The notes: generated by a model from the letters alone, not told the origin. Numbered from the stretch's first letter, positions 37,608-50,417 are shown. The stretch: DNA of 64,000 bases from Octopus vulgaris (GCA_951406725.2 OX597834.1:19530001-19594000), one strand, 5' to 3'. A program made the numbers and translations.

Positions 37608-38323
37608 CATTAACCTGCTGGAGAGGACCGATCAGGTAAAGGACCTAGGTATCTTGGTGGATTCCTCCTTTTCGCCTTCGGCCCAGTGCGTCCATGCTAC
37701 CAACAAAGCACGCGGAATTCTGTTCTTGATTCGACGGTCATTCGGAATGCTCACAGCAGCCATATTCCTACCACTCTATGTCACGCTGGTGAGACCCATA
37801 TTGGAGTATGGGATTCAAGCCTCTTCTCCTTATCTCCTCAAAGACATACAGCATCTCGAAAGAGTCCAGAAGCTGGCTACCCGCATGGTTCATGGTCTCA
37901 AAAATTTGTCCTACGAAGAAAGGCTGAGGACGCTCGACCTTTATTCTCTTGAAAAACGCCGCCGCCGTGGTGATCTCATTCTCGCCCACAACATCATAAG
38001 CGGAAAGTGTAACCTCTCGAAAGAGCTGTTCTTCACTCCTGCTCCAGAGCGTCGGCTGCGGGATCATTCTGAAAAGCTCTACCTGCGACAATTTCATCTC
38101 AATCGAAGGAGAGGAGCTTTCTCCGTCCGGGTTGCGGATCCGTGGAACAAGCTGCCAGACGAGATGGTGAAGATGCCGACGACCGCTTTGTTCAAAGCCT
38201 CCCTTGACCTCAAGTGGCCTGAACTCTTTACATGAACACCACCCTGTACTTAACTCCATGTCCCCCTACATGGCCTTGCTATTTGCTTTTGAGCCAAATT
38301 AACTAACTAACTAACTAACTAAC
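37608..38323 (+). mobile_element. CR1-clade LINE, 5'-truncated: ORF2 C-terminus, 3' UTR and (TAAC)n tail
   Basis: KDLGILVD...LYVTLVRPILEY...LERVQKLATRMV.GLKNLSYEERL..LDLYSLEKRR.RGDLI...FSVRV..PWN.LP, uninterrupted to the stop at 38235. AACT repeats at 38301-38323. No RT active site is present. Confidence 0.92.
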
Positions 38324-38423
38324 CATTTACCATTTCTATGGCATTCCCATTTCCCTTGCTTAATTGTTAATCCAATGCTCACCTGATTGTGTAACAAGCT
38401 GTAGTCAATCATATGTTATCAGT

Positions 38424-38587
38424 AGGCACAGGAGTGGCTGTGTGGTAAGTAGCTTGCTTACCAACCACATGGTTCCGGGTTCAGTCCCACTGTGTGGCAT
38501 CTTGGGCAAGTGTCTTCTGCTATAGCCTTGGGCCGCCCAATGCCTTGTGAGTGGATTTGGTAGATGGAAACTGAAAGAAGCCTGTCG

Positions 38588-38620
<33 letters not shown>

Positions 38621-38819
38621 ATATGTTTGTGTTTGTTCCCCTAGCATTGCTTGACAACTGATGCTGGTGTGTTTATGTTCTCGTCACTTAGCGGTTTGGT
38701 GAAAGAGAGCAATAGAATAAGTACTGGGCTTACAAAGAATAAATCCCGGGGTCGATTTGCTCGACTAAAAGCGGTGCTCCAGCATGGCCGCAGTCAAATG
38801 GCTGAAACAAGTAAAGGAG
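38424..38819 (+). mobile_element. SINE family A, full length
   Basis: Consensus head and tail. Confidence 0.9.
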
Positions 38820-38867
38820 TCCAATGCCAATAGATGCATGTAACTGTAATTAAAAGGGCCAGTGTTT

Positions 38868-39000
38868 CTTATTTCTTTATTGCCCACAGGGGGCTAAATA
38901 TAGAGGGGACAAACAAGAACAAAGGGATTAAGTCGATTACATCGACCCCAGGACGTAACTGGTACTTATTTAATTGACCCCGAAAGGATGAAAGGCAAAG
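38868..39000 (-). mobile_element. SINE family B, 3' half
   Basis: TATTTCTTTATTGCCCACAGGGGGCTAAA...GAAAGGATGAAAGGCAAAG. Confidence 0.8.
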
Positions 39001-39154
39001 TGTTATCATATTCTGTGTCACACTGAATTTCCCTGAGAACTACATTAAGGGTACGTGTGTCTGTGGAATACTCAGCCACTTGCAAATTAATATCGGAAGC
39101 GGGCTTTTCTGGAACACTCCTCGTTGTAACCAACACAGTAAAAGTAGGTGATAT

Positions 39155-39454
39155 CGGCGAGCTGGCAAGGCGGCGAGCTGGCAAGGCGGCGAGCTGGCAA
39201 GGCGGCGAGCTGGCAAGGTGGCGAGCTGGCAAGGCGGCGAGCTGGCAGAAACGTTAGCATGCCGGGTGAAATGCATAGCCGTATTTCATCTGCCGTTACG
39301 TTCTGAGTTCAAATTCCGCCGAGGTCAACTTTGCCTTTCATCCTTTCGGGGTCGATAAATTAAGTACCAGTTATACACTGGGGTCGATGTAATCCCTTTG
39401 TCTGTCCTTGTTTGTCTCCTCTGTGTTTAGCCCCTTGTGGGTAGTAAAGAAATA
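39155..39454 (+). mobile_element. SINE family B preceded by five extra tandem copies of its 16-bp 5' end
   Basis: CGGCGAGCTGGCAAGG units at 39155, 39171, 39187, 39203 and 39219; the sixth unit at 39235 runs into the SINE body. Confidence 0.9.
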
Positions 39455-39824
39455 GATATATATATGTGTGTGTGTAGTCAGTTCTGTGATAATTTATGAT
39501 CAATGGGGAAACCATTCATTTGAAGTTCCCTGGCATCTCCCTCTCCCTGGCGTGTCTCTGTCCCTGGCTTTAGTTAAAACAGAATAGAATACAGAAAATG
39601 CGAAACAGAAACAAGAATACAAAACAAACTGCTGACTACAGTTAGCAATTGCAACTGGATCGTAGATCCCGAATATTGGATGGAGGCAGAGGTGGGTGAG
39701 GCAGGAGCTGGAATTATTTCCTATTTTGCAGTGCAGAGAGAGAGAGAGAGAGGAGGGGTAAGAAAAGAGGGAGAGAGTAAGAGAAATAAATATAGATAGA
39801 ATATAGATTACATTACTGACAATA

Positions 39825-40024
39825 TTATTTATTATCATCAGTATCATTATTGTTGCTATTATTATTATTAGTATTATTATTATTATCATTATTATCATTG
39901 TTATTATTATTATTATTATTATTAGTAGTAGTAGTAGTAGTAGTAGTATCATCTTCATTATTATTATTATCATCATCATTATTATTATTATTATTATCAT
40001 TATTATTATTATTATTATTATTAT

Positions 40025-40056
<32 letters not shown>

Positions 40057-40057
40057 A

Positions 40058-40092
<35 letters not shown>

Positions 40093-40128
40093 TCATCTTC
40101 ATTATTATCATTATCATCATTATTATTA

Positions 40129-40183
<55 letters not shown>

Positions 40184-40264
40184 CATCATTATCATTATTG
40201 TTGTTATTATTATTAGTAGTATTACTATTATCATCATTATTATTATTATCATTATCATCATTAT

Positions 40265-40321
<57 letters not shown>

Positions 40322-40335
40322 CATCATCGTCGTCG
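39825..40335. repeat. Compound (TTA)/(TAG)/(TCA) trinucleotide microsatellite
   Basis: Direct reading; source of the poly-I/L/N/T ORFs. Confidence 0.95.
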
Positions 40336-40777
40336 TCAGTCATTCATTTCATTTGCTGGAATAACTTACTGCCAACTACCTATATGATAGATATTGAATA
40401 TTAAACCATTAAACCATTAGCTAGTATTAGATTCACCCTCCCTGAACAACAGTGAAACACTGTAGTAGCGGTAGTGGTAGTGGTGGTAGTAAGTGCTGCA
40501 GGGAAGTAGGGAAAAAGGAAAGTAAAACAGAGACAACGAAAAAAAATATCTTATAAAGGAATCTTACACTTGGATACCTTAGCAATGCACAATAGATTGG
40601 TGTGCTGTCATTATTATTATTATTATTATTATTATTACTGTTATTGTTCTTATTATTATTATATTATTACTGTTGTTGTAATTTATGTCTAATTCTGTAT
40701 TTTGGTAATATACATACATTTACATGTATACATTCATTTAGCTGTATATGTAATAAATGCATTTATTCAAATATGTT

Positions 40778-40808
<31 letters not shown>

Positions 40809-40809
40809 A

Positions 40810-40845
<36 letters not shown>

Positions 40846-41013
40846 TATACATACATTTATTTTTTTAATATGCATGAAAGTCTATATTTTTGAATGTCTA
40901 TTCATTTTTGCTTTCTTCTTGTACATATATATTTATATATATGTGTGTGTGTGTGCGTGTGTGTAAATATATATTAATATATATATAAATATATATATAT
41001 CTATATCTATATC

Positions 41014-41044
<31 letters not shown>

Positions 41045-41157
41045 GTAGGTTGGTAGGTAGGTAGGTAGGTAGGTAGGTAGGTAGGTAGTAGCTAGCTACA
41101 TAGATAAACAGACAGACAGATAGATAGAGAGATAGATAGACAGACAGACATACAGAC

Positions 41158-41188
<31 letters not shown>

Positions 41189-41203
41189 TAGATAGATAGA
41201 TAC

Positions 41204-41236
<33 letters not shown>

Positions 41237-41693
41237 CAAATATATATATATTTATATGTCAGCATATATGTGTATGTATGTGTGTGTGTATATATATATA
41301 TACAGAGAGAGAGAGAGAGAGAGAGAAACAGAAAGACATTAGGAGGGAGTGCATGTGAGAGAGTTCACACACGTATTTATGTATAAATATATGCACAAGT
41401 TACTGGTGCCTATAGGTGCATGTGTGTGTGTGTGTGTGTGTGTATGGGTAGGTGGTGGTGCTTTTATATAAATGCATAATGCATAGATATAAAAAACAAA
41501 TGGTTTTTCTGTCTCTCCATTGAATCTCTGTTGTTGCAGGCTACAAGGGTTACCCATGGAATATCTGCTTTATGATTGCTTTCTAACAAAGAACAATAAC
41601 GAAATATATAGAATAAAATAGAAAAAAAAATGATGGTGAGAAAAAATAAAAGAACCATCTATTTTGATGAATGTCTTGTTCAAATAGACTCAC

Positions 41694-41850
41694 TTTCTCC
41701 TTCTATTGTAATTCTTCAGAGAGAAATAGTCAAATTCACTTTTGCATTCAATCCCAATGTGAGGCTGGTTTACATTCAATATGGAATCTTCAACCAGTTC
41801 AGCAAAATAATTTTTCATGGTTGAAGTCGAAGTTTTGTCCTCAGAGGAAG
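41694..41850 (-). CDS. Weak candidate exon (SEDKTSTSTMKNYFAELVEDSILNVNQPHIGIECKSEFDYFSLKNYNRRR), gene unknown
   Basis: TTCTTTTAG acceptor and GTGAGT donor on the minus strand bracket an open frame in unique sequence. No homology recognised. Confidence 0.25.
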
Positions 41851-42242
41851 CTAAAAGAATCGTACACCAGCATGGCACCATGTTTTTCTTTTTTTTTTTG
41901 TTTTGTACAATAATTGGTTAAAGAACCATTTTGAAGAAATTTGGCATTGAACTGTGGAGGCAGCTTGGTTTTTTCATTGCAGTGCATATGTTGGTTGAAA
42001 GTTGATTGGTGTGTAAGTGATATATAAAAATGGTAAAGCAGAATATAAAATATCTGCAGATGTATATTCAGGGGTTTTGTACTGGTAAAAGAATAAAGCA
42101 TACTGAATAAAATATAATATGTCTGGTGTACAAATTATCTATATGTACACGGAGATATAAGGAGAGTATTACTTATTCAATTTTCTTATTGTATACACAT
42201 TGAAATGTGTTCTTAAAAAGCACCAAGAGATTATTACATGAG

Positions 42243-42569
42243 AAGACCTCCTTCTGTTATGAATGACGATGGGATTGCATCTAGAATGTTACTCTCCGAG
42301 GCACAAGTCTGGGTAGGGTTGTTTATGGAAGGCCAGCAGTCTCCCATGCATACCAGCCTCCACTCTCCACACCACTGATTTTATCTAAGGGAAAAGTGGA
42401 GGCTAATACAGCTTGTCACAAGTGATGTCGCAACTCATTTCCACAGCTGAGTGAACTGGAGCAACATGAAATGAAGTGTCTTGCTCAAGAACACAACACG
42501 CAGCCCGGTCCGGGAATTGAACTCACAACCTCACGATCGTAAGCTCAACACTCTAACCACTGAGCCATG
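42243..42569 (-). mobile_element. CORE-type SINE family D, full length with a different 3' tail
   Basis: Minus strand TGGCTCAGTGG...GAGTTCAATTCC...GTGTTCTTGAGCAAGACACTTCATTTC. Confidence 0.8.
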
Positions 42570-42602
42570 AGTATGTATGTGTGTGTATATATGTGTATTT
42601 CA

Positions 42603-42775
42603 AAGGGTCTGCCTTGTCATATTCTATGTTATGCTGAATCTTCTTGAAAATCGTGTTAAAGGTGTGTGTGTGTGTAACTGTGGAGTACTCAGTCACATGC
42701 ATGCTAATTTCATGAGCAGTCTGTTCTGTTGATTGGATCAACTGGGACCATTGTCGCCATAACCAATGGACTACC
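42603..42775 (+). mobile_element. Interspersed repeat fragment, also present at 39003-39135
   Basis: TCATATTCT.TGT.A..CTGAAT...CTGTGGA.TACTCAG.CAC.TGCA is shared by both loci. Confidence 0.6.
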
Positions 42776-42793
42776 GATGAAAAGAATGAATAA

Positions 42794-42830
<37 letters not shown>

Positions 42831-43290
42831 TCTAAGTGTATACATATATAGATAGATTCATGTATATGTAAGCAATCTCCTTCACATATAAGCAATATGT
42901 AAATATACCATGCTGTTATAAATTGCTATCCTTTTCCCTTTCAATCAGCCCACACTGGAATACATTAGCCTAATGTCACTGAACAAGATTCATTCAAATC
43001 TTGAAGCCACCTTGGTCAGAGATAACTCTTCAAAATCAATCATTTTCTCAGAATTTCATTTTAATGAACTCCAAGATGGAGCTGTTTGTTTTCTCATGTC
43101 ATTCATTACATTTTATCTCTTGGATGGGAGTTACATGAACTGCTAGTCTGACTATACATACATATGTATATACATTCATTCATTATATATATACACATAT
43201 TGCATGTATGTATGTATGTATGTATGTATGTATGTATGTATGTATGTATGTATGTATGTGTGTATGTATGTATGTGTATGTATGTATGTC

Positions 43291-43330
<40 letters not shown>

Positions 43331-43376
43331 CATATATATCAATACATATATGTATCATAGTGTATATGTGTGTGTA

Positions 43377-43936
43377 GGCATAGGTGTAAGCATGGCTGTA
43401 TGGTAAGACGTTTGCTTCCCAGCCACATGGTTCTGGGTTCAGTCCTACAGTGCCAAGTATCTTCTACGATAACCTTGAATGGTTTTGGTAGATGGAACCT
43501 GAAGGAAGCTTGTCATATATATATATACAGATAAAGGGTGAAATATAATTAATTAAATAAAGTTAATAAATTTCACCTAGTAGTATTCGGTATGGAAAGG
43601 ACCATATTCGGTAAAAATTAATATAATTATAATAAAGGGTTTTTTGCAACAAGTTGCTTAAACCACATACCGAAAATATTAGAAATAGCAGTCAAAGGGC
43701 TAGCAAAAACCCTTTATATATATATAATATATATATATATATATACGTGTGTGTGTTTCTCTCTGTGTTTGTTTCCTACCTGCTTGACATCTGGTGTTGG
43801 TGTGTTTACATTCCCATAACTTTGTGGTTCAGCAAAAGAGACTGATAGAATAGGCTTAGTAAAAAAATAAATAAATACTAGTATCAATTCCTTCCTCTGA
43901 AATTCTTATGAGTGCGGACAAATGACTGAAACAGAT

Positions 43937-43940
<4 letters not shown>
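43377..43940 (+). mobile_element. SINE family A with a ~190-bp element nested in its internal (TA)n
   Basis: Head 43377-43515, insert 43530-43717, tail 43748-43940. The insert shares TAGAAATAGCAGTCAAAG with 51251-51268 and has an internal IR, TAAAGGGTTTTT/AAAAACCCTTTA. Confidence 0.7.
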
Positions 43941-43982
<42 letters not shown>

Positions 43983-44561
43983 AAGCACTGAAATAGCAAT
44001 ATTAGTTTTATAAGAATGAATTGTGATTCCTTTGGCTCTGCTCCAATAGAAAAGACTCAGTAATATATATTACATATAAGACATCATTCTATCATAATCC
44101 CTACAACTCAAAATTATATGATCAATACTTGCTACATGTCAGATTACATGCAATGTACTATAATTTGCTTATCAGATGAAATGCACCCTATTGAGAATAT
44201 ATCACATCAAATACATTATTTTAGTGTGTGTGTGTGTAATACATAACTGTTGTAAATTCAATAATGTTATAGCATTCTATTGAATATCCTGTAATGTACT
44301 TAGTACAGAACACATATTTGGTAACATTAGATGTTGCTCTGTAGTAGTTTTAGTACAGAGTGTATATTCAATAGTGCTGTGTTGTTAGAATATTCTACGT
44401 TATATATATGGGATATATGTTTAAGATGGTGAATAGGTAGTACCTGTAGAGCATTCACTACAATGTGTGTGTCTGCATATGTGTGTGTGTGTTTTTATGT
44501 AAGTATGTATGTATGTATACACACACACACATATACATACACACACACACACATATATATT

Positions 44562-44744
44562 GCTGATATACCCTCCAGCCTTCATCAGGTGTCTTGGGGG
44601 AAATTTCAAAATTGAGTTCTCATTCCTAAGGTATTTTTCGATGTTGTTATTATTTTTATTATTCAGGTCACTGCCTGAAATCGAACTTGGAATCTTGGAG
44701 TTAGTAGCCCACACTCTTAACCACTACTCCATATACCTGTGGGC
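44562..44744 (-). mobile_element. tRNA-like Pol III head followed by the 5' half of a hammerhead motif, truncated at a microsatellite
   Basis: Minus strand TGGAGTAGTGG (A box), AGTTCGATTTC (B-box-like), then acac-CTGATGA-A-ggctg(gagggtatat)cagc, cut off just before the expected C-GAAA. Confidence 0.55.
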
Positions 44745-45803
44745 ATCTCTTAAATATAAAATTGTACACACTCAGAAGGTCACCAACTCCTCACCAGTTA
44801 TTGGCTAAAGGGTCAAACACAATTTCATGCTGGACTTGAACTCCTGATGGATTCATAGAGGTACTGTTGTAACTTGTGTTGTACCTGGGATATTTTAAAC
44901 TTCCAGGCCTGAATGTATCTGATTTCTTCCAAAGGGAAAAAGAAAGAAGAACCAATTCTATATCTTAGACATGTCACTTCATTTATCACCCCAGAAGGAA
45001 TGAAGGGCAAATTTGATCTAGAGAGGATTTGAACTCAGTGTCGAGACCCATAAGGAATACTGCCAAGTAATCAGTCTTTGTAATGCCTATGTCAAATCAC
45101 CTGTATATTTGTTTGTGTATATGTGTGTGTGTGTGTGTGTGAGTGTATATGTTGGTTTTATTTGGAGGTTGGTGTAGACATAGAAACTGTATATGTTGTG
45201 GTGAGGGTAGCCATACATTTTAAACTGAATAGTGACTGCTCTGACTCTGGTTTGAGTTGAAATAAACAACTCAACTAAGATGACTTTCATAAGATTTTAT
45301 TTTATGTTGAGAACCATTTTAAAAAACATTAAGAAAATTTATTTATTTCAGTTTCTCTATTATTCAGCTTTCTAGTCGAGATAAAAACTACTGAATAATT
45401 TCCTTTGATGTGACAATGCTAATTCCATCCAAACAATATGCTGGGTTTTCTTCAGTACAATTGCTAACTGCTGTGGCTACAACAATGCAAACCGATTCTT
45501 TCTGAAATGTAAACAGTGGCTCCAAGTTGAATTACTTTCCTTTTATGCTTTGCAATATGGAATACATGTAAGACTTGCATCAACACTATCGGCCTGCAGA
45601 AAGCTGGAGAGAGGAAAAGCAGAAGAGCAATTTGTTGTCTGGCGAAGAGTCTTGCTGGTTACCAAGAATTTTCTCTTCTGCCTTTTCTCCATTGTTTGAA
45701 AATGTTTCAGTGAATTCACCTGATTTCTAAAGCATAAGCATTCAATTAAAATTTTGCTTTGATATTTTTTTTTATACATCGCTATTTCATTCCAATCAAA
45801 CAG

Positions 45804-45876
45804 TTTGACCTGCAAACTGTTCATGAAGAACGTCGACTGTGTCAGCCTCACCAGTTCTGGAGGACATCTAAAGGTC
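45804..45876 (+). CDS. Weak candidate exon, gene unknown
   Basis: TTTCATTCCAATCAAACAG acceptor and GTAAGT donor; two frames are open; GC-richer unique sequence. Confidence 0.2.
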
Positions 45877-46006
45877 GTAAGTACCACTGCTTCCTCCGGA
45901 CCATTTATGAAGGAAACACAAAGCAACAAATAAAGAACCAGAAGTATTTTACCAAACTTTGTTCAAACCCCTTTGTAATATCTAACAAGTTAGATTTCCT
46001 TTATCG

Positions 46007-46400
46007 TTGACTTGTCTCAGTTATTGGACTGTGGCCATGCTGGGGCACTTCCTCGAATCATTTTAGTCAAATAAAAAGCAGCCACTACACTCACGGAGTG
46101 GTTGGCGTTAGGAAGGGCATCCAGCTATAGAAACATGGTCAGATCAGACTGGGCCTGGTGCAGCCTTCTGGCTTCCCAAACCCCAGTTGAACTGTCCAAC
46201 CCATACTAGCATGGAAAGCGGATGCTAAACGATGATGATGATGATGATGATGATGATGAAATTGACCCAAGTACTTACTTTTTTATTCTGTTGATCTCTA
46301 TTGTTGAACTGCTAACTCACATGGGCCTAAACAAACCAGTACCAGTTGTCAAGTGGTGCTGCTTGGACAATCACAGACACAGACACACAGATATATACAT
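46007..46400 (-). mobile_element. SINE family A 3' half interrupted by a family C insertion (46080-46258, plus strand)
   Basis: Family A motifs resume at 46259 after the (GAT)n tail of family C. Confidence 0.7.
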
Positions 46401-46406
46401 ATAAGG

Positions 46407-46595
46407 TATTATATGATTCTTGATAACAGTGAACGAAATTATGAAGAATTAAATTTTATATCTTAAAATTGGTTCGGTAACAATTTTAAGATATAAAATA
46501 TAATTCTTCATAAATTTTGTTCACTTTTATCAAGAATCATTGTATACTTCGAAATTGTTACCAAACCAGTTTTAAGATATAAAATTTAATTCTTC
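46407..46595. repeat. AT-rich foldback (128-bp palindrome plus third arm) flanked by 16-bp direct repeats
   Basis: Arms 46413-46471 and 46481-46540; third arm 46550-46597; ATATATACATATAAGG at 46391-46406 and 46596-46611. Confidence 0.8.
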
Positions 46596-46609
46596 ATATA
46601 TACATATAA

Positions 46610-47262
46610 GGCGCAGGAGTCGCTGTGTGGTAAGTAGCTTGCTTACCAACCACATGGTTCCGGGTTCAGTCCCACTGCGTGGCATCTTGGGCAAGTGTCT
46701 TCTGCTATAGCCCCGGGCCGACCAATGCCTTGTGAGTGGGTTTGGTAGACGGAAACTGAAAGAAGCCTGTCGTATATATGTATGTATATATAAATATATG
46801 TGTGTGTGTGTGTGTGTGTTTGTGTGTGTGTGTTTGTCCCCCTAGCATTGCTTGACAACCAGTGCTGGTGTGTTTACGTCTCTGTCACTTAGCGGTTCGG
46901 CAAAAGAGACCGATAGAATAAGTACTGGGCTTACAAAAGAATAAGTCCCGGGGGTCGATTCGATCGACTAAAGGCGGTGCTCCAGCATAGCCACAGTCAC
47001 ATGACTGAAACAAGTAAAAGAGTAATATATATATATATGCGTGTGTGTGTTTGTGTGTCTGTGTTTGTCCCCTTAGCATTGCTTGACAACTGATGCTGGT
47101 GTGTTTATGTCCCCGTTACTTAGCGGTTCGGCAAAAGAGACTGATAGAATAAGTACTGGGCTTACAAAAGAATAAGTCCCGGGGGTCGAGTTGCTCGATT
47201 AAAGGCGGTGCTCCAGCATGGTCACAGTCAAATGTCTGAAACAAGTAAAAGAGTAAAAGAGT
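46610..47262 (+). mobile_element. SINE family A full copy (46610-47023) plus a tandem 3' half (47038-47262)
   Basis: Both tails share the variant AATAAGTCCCGGGGGTCGA. Confidence 0.9.
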
Positions 47263-47806
47263 AACACCAAACAGAAATTTTAAGCAATTGCCCTCTTGCT
47301 AAACACAACCAACAGTTGAATATGCTGATCATTTAACCAGCTCACATATTGACTGTTATAAATAATTTCAAGCAGCACTGCTAGTATATTATCATACACG
47401 ATCAAAGGTGCAGCTTCAAATACTCACATCTATAAATGCCGTCAGTTATGAGGATGGAATTATTGAGTCGTAATACACATGACTGACAACTAAATTCTTG
47501 TAAAGTCTGTGAGCACAATAGTATCACTAAGCCTGAAGTGTTATGTGTAAATATCGTATCACACATTACAGCACATTAAAAGTGAGACAGAGAGAGTGGG
47601 AGAGTGAGAGAGAGAGAGGGAGAGGGAGAGAGAGAAAATAATCAAACTTTATGTGTGTGTATATTTATATGTGTGCATGTGTGTGTATATCTGTGTTTAT
47701 ATGTGTATATATATTTATATGTGTATGTGTGTATATATACATGCGTGTATGTATATATATATGTATGTGTGTATGTGTATAAATGTGTATATATATATGT
47801 TTGTGT

Positions 47807-47851
<45 letters not shown>

Positions 47852-47894
47852 CATATTTATGGGGGAGAGAGAGACATAGAGGTGGAAAGAAAAT

Positions 47895-47930
<36 letters not shown>

Positions 47931-47945
47931 CTGATAGATAGATAA

Positions 47946-47995
<50 letters not shown>

Positions 47996-48426
47996 CGATA
48001 GATAGATCGATATATATATAGATTGATATATATATATAGAGATAGATAGGTAGATAGATAGATAATCTGACAGATATATATATATATATATATATATATA
48101 GATTGATAAATATATATATATATATATATAGATGACATATATATAGACTGATATATATATATAGATAGATAGTAGATAGATAGATAATCTGACAGATATA
48201 TATAGATATAAATAGATAGATAGATAGATAGATAGATGGACATGTGCACACAAAAGTATTGCCAGCATGTCATTAAAAACCCTTTTACAAATTGGATTTT
48301 TTTTTCATAAATCTATTTTCTTTGTAGTTATTTAGAGATTGCATTTAACCGTGCACTTTTCATAGAATTAAAAGGAAAATGAATAAACAAACAAAAATAA
48401 TCCCACCATCACCCTCACTGTCATTC

Positions 48427-48468
<42 letters not shown>

Positions 48469-48870
48469 CCACTACCTTCATAAACATCGATAGGAGAACG
48501 CAAAAGGTGGTGGTGGTGGGAGCACTGTAAATATTCACCCTCTGATATGGAAGTGAATATTGTCATTAAACAGCTTTTAACTTTGGTGTTCTACTAGTTA
48601 GAGTCTCTGAAGTTTATTTTTACTGTGGAGGACAAAAAAAAAAAGAAGAAAAAAACACAACAAACAAACAACAAAAAAATAACGATGGCATAATGGCTTT
48701 CATTGCATTATCCAGAATTAAATGGTTGACTGTCACAGAATAAATAAGTTGTCTTGATGAAATAAATGAAATAAAAATAAGTTGTTTCTTTTTTTTTTTT
48801 AAATCTGAACCATTTTTTGAGGGAGAGAAAGAGAGAGAGAGAGAAAGAGAGGGAGAGAGAGAGAGAAAGA

Positions 48871-48936
<66 letters not shown>

Positions 48937-49195
48937 GCATTTGGCTGACCATTATTTTCTGCTGCAGGTTCTGATGAATGAAATTAAAGTCATAAGGTGC
49001 ATCAGTAATCAGTGGACAGGTAGCAGATAAGGAAGGATGTCAAGAGTGCATGTGCTTGTGTGTGTGTGTGTATTTATATATGTATAGGTGTGTGTATTTA
49101 TATATGTGTATGTGTGTGTATTTATATATGTGTATGTGTGTATGTATATATGTGTGTGTGTGTATACATATACACACACATGCATGCACACACAA

Positions 49196-49240
<45 letters not shown>

Positions 49241-49370
49241 TACACATGAGTATATACATATCTGTGTCTACGCACACATACATAAATATATATATGCATG
49301 TATGTGTGTGGGTATATATATACATGTGTGTATATATACATATGTATATATATATATAGATATATAGAAT

Positions 49371-49421
<51 letters not shown>

Positions 49422-49422
49422 A

Positions 49423-49553
49423 TATATATTGTCAAAAGGTGAGAGCTAGAGATGCTCACTATATGTATACATATATATATATATACACATACATATATAT
49501 ATTGTCAAAAGGTGAGAGCTAGAGATGCTCACTATATGTATACATATATATAC
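49423..49553. repeat. ~72-bp tandem duplication bounded by (TA)n
   Basis: TATTGTCAAAAGGTGAGAGCTAGAGATGCTCACTATATGTATAC occurs twice. Confidence 0.9.
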
Positions 49554-50028
49554 ATATAACATATACTTATACATACATGTACTTGTATAAATGCATATAT
49601 GTACACGTATTCACAAACACATGTATATGTATTTACACACATTCATATACAGAGAGTGAGTGAAGGAAAAAATTGGAGAGGGAACAAGAGGTGTGTGTGT
49701 GTATGCATGTGTGCACATAAGACCAAGCATAAAATATCTTGCAATTTTAGGCTTGCGACACCAAGAACCTCTTTTGTAATGCTTGTACATCTATCATTTT
49801 GTATCCATTTATCACAACCATTGGCATTCTACGATGCTTTTGTTATGGATGGTGTTTAATCCTGTACAGCTTGCCAGTCAACTCTTCCGTATATTTATCA
49901 ACAGTTTCTCGGTGGCTTGTCTCTTTGCTCAAATCATAGCTACACACACACACACAATAAAAAAAGAATGCTAAAAAAAACAGCATATAAAATTAAAAAA
50001 TTGTCACAAATAACTTTACTTATACATA

Positions 50029-50417
50029 GGCACAGGAGTAGCTTGCTTACCAACCACATGGTTCCGGGTTCAGTCCCACTGCATGGCACCTTGGGCAAGT
50101 GTCTTCTACTATAGCTTCAGGCCAACCAAAGCCTTGTGAGTGGATTTGGTAGATGGAAACTGAAAGAAGCCCGTCGTATATATGTATATACATATGTATG
50201 TGTGTTTGTGTGTCTGTGTTTGTCCCCCTGGCATTGCTTGACAACCAATGCTGGTGTGTTTATGTCCCCGTCACTTAGCGGTTCGGCGAAAGAGACCGAT
50301 AGAATAAGTACTGGGCTTACAAAAGAATAAGTCCTGGGGTCGATTTGCTCGACTAAAACGGTGGTGCTCCAGCATGACCGCAGTCAAATGACTGAAACAA
50401 GTAAAAGAGTAAAGAGT
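50029..50417 (+). mobile_element. SINE family A with a ~50-bp flanking direct repeat
   Basis: AAACAGCATATAAAATT....AAATTGTCACAAATAACTTTACTTATACATA at 49978-50028 and 50418-50469. Confidence 0.9.

Noticed and set aside
37654-38235. Host protein-coding gene (193 aa)
   Set aside because: It is the CR1 ORF2 C-terminus, 5'-truncated, with a microsatellite tail.
45543-45929. 128-aa minus-strand ORF
   Set aside because: No recognisable domain, it crosses an AT-rich intron-like tract, and it has a non-ATG start.
13990-50330. Recurrent ORFs such as MLGGQTQTH...RLPNPLTRLW...SGTEPGTMWLVSKLLTTQP as a gene family
   Set aside because: They are antisense or sense translations of SINE family A copies, with frames not conserved among copies.
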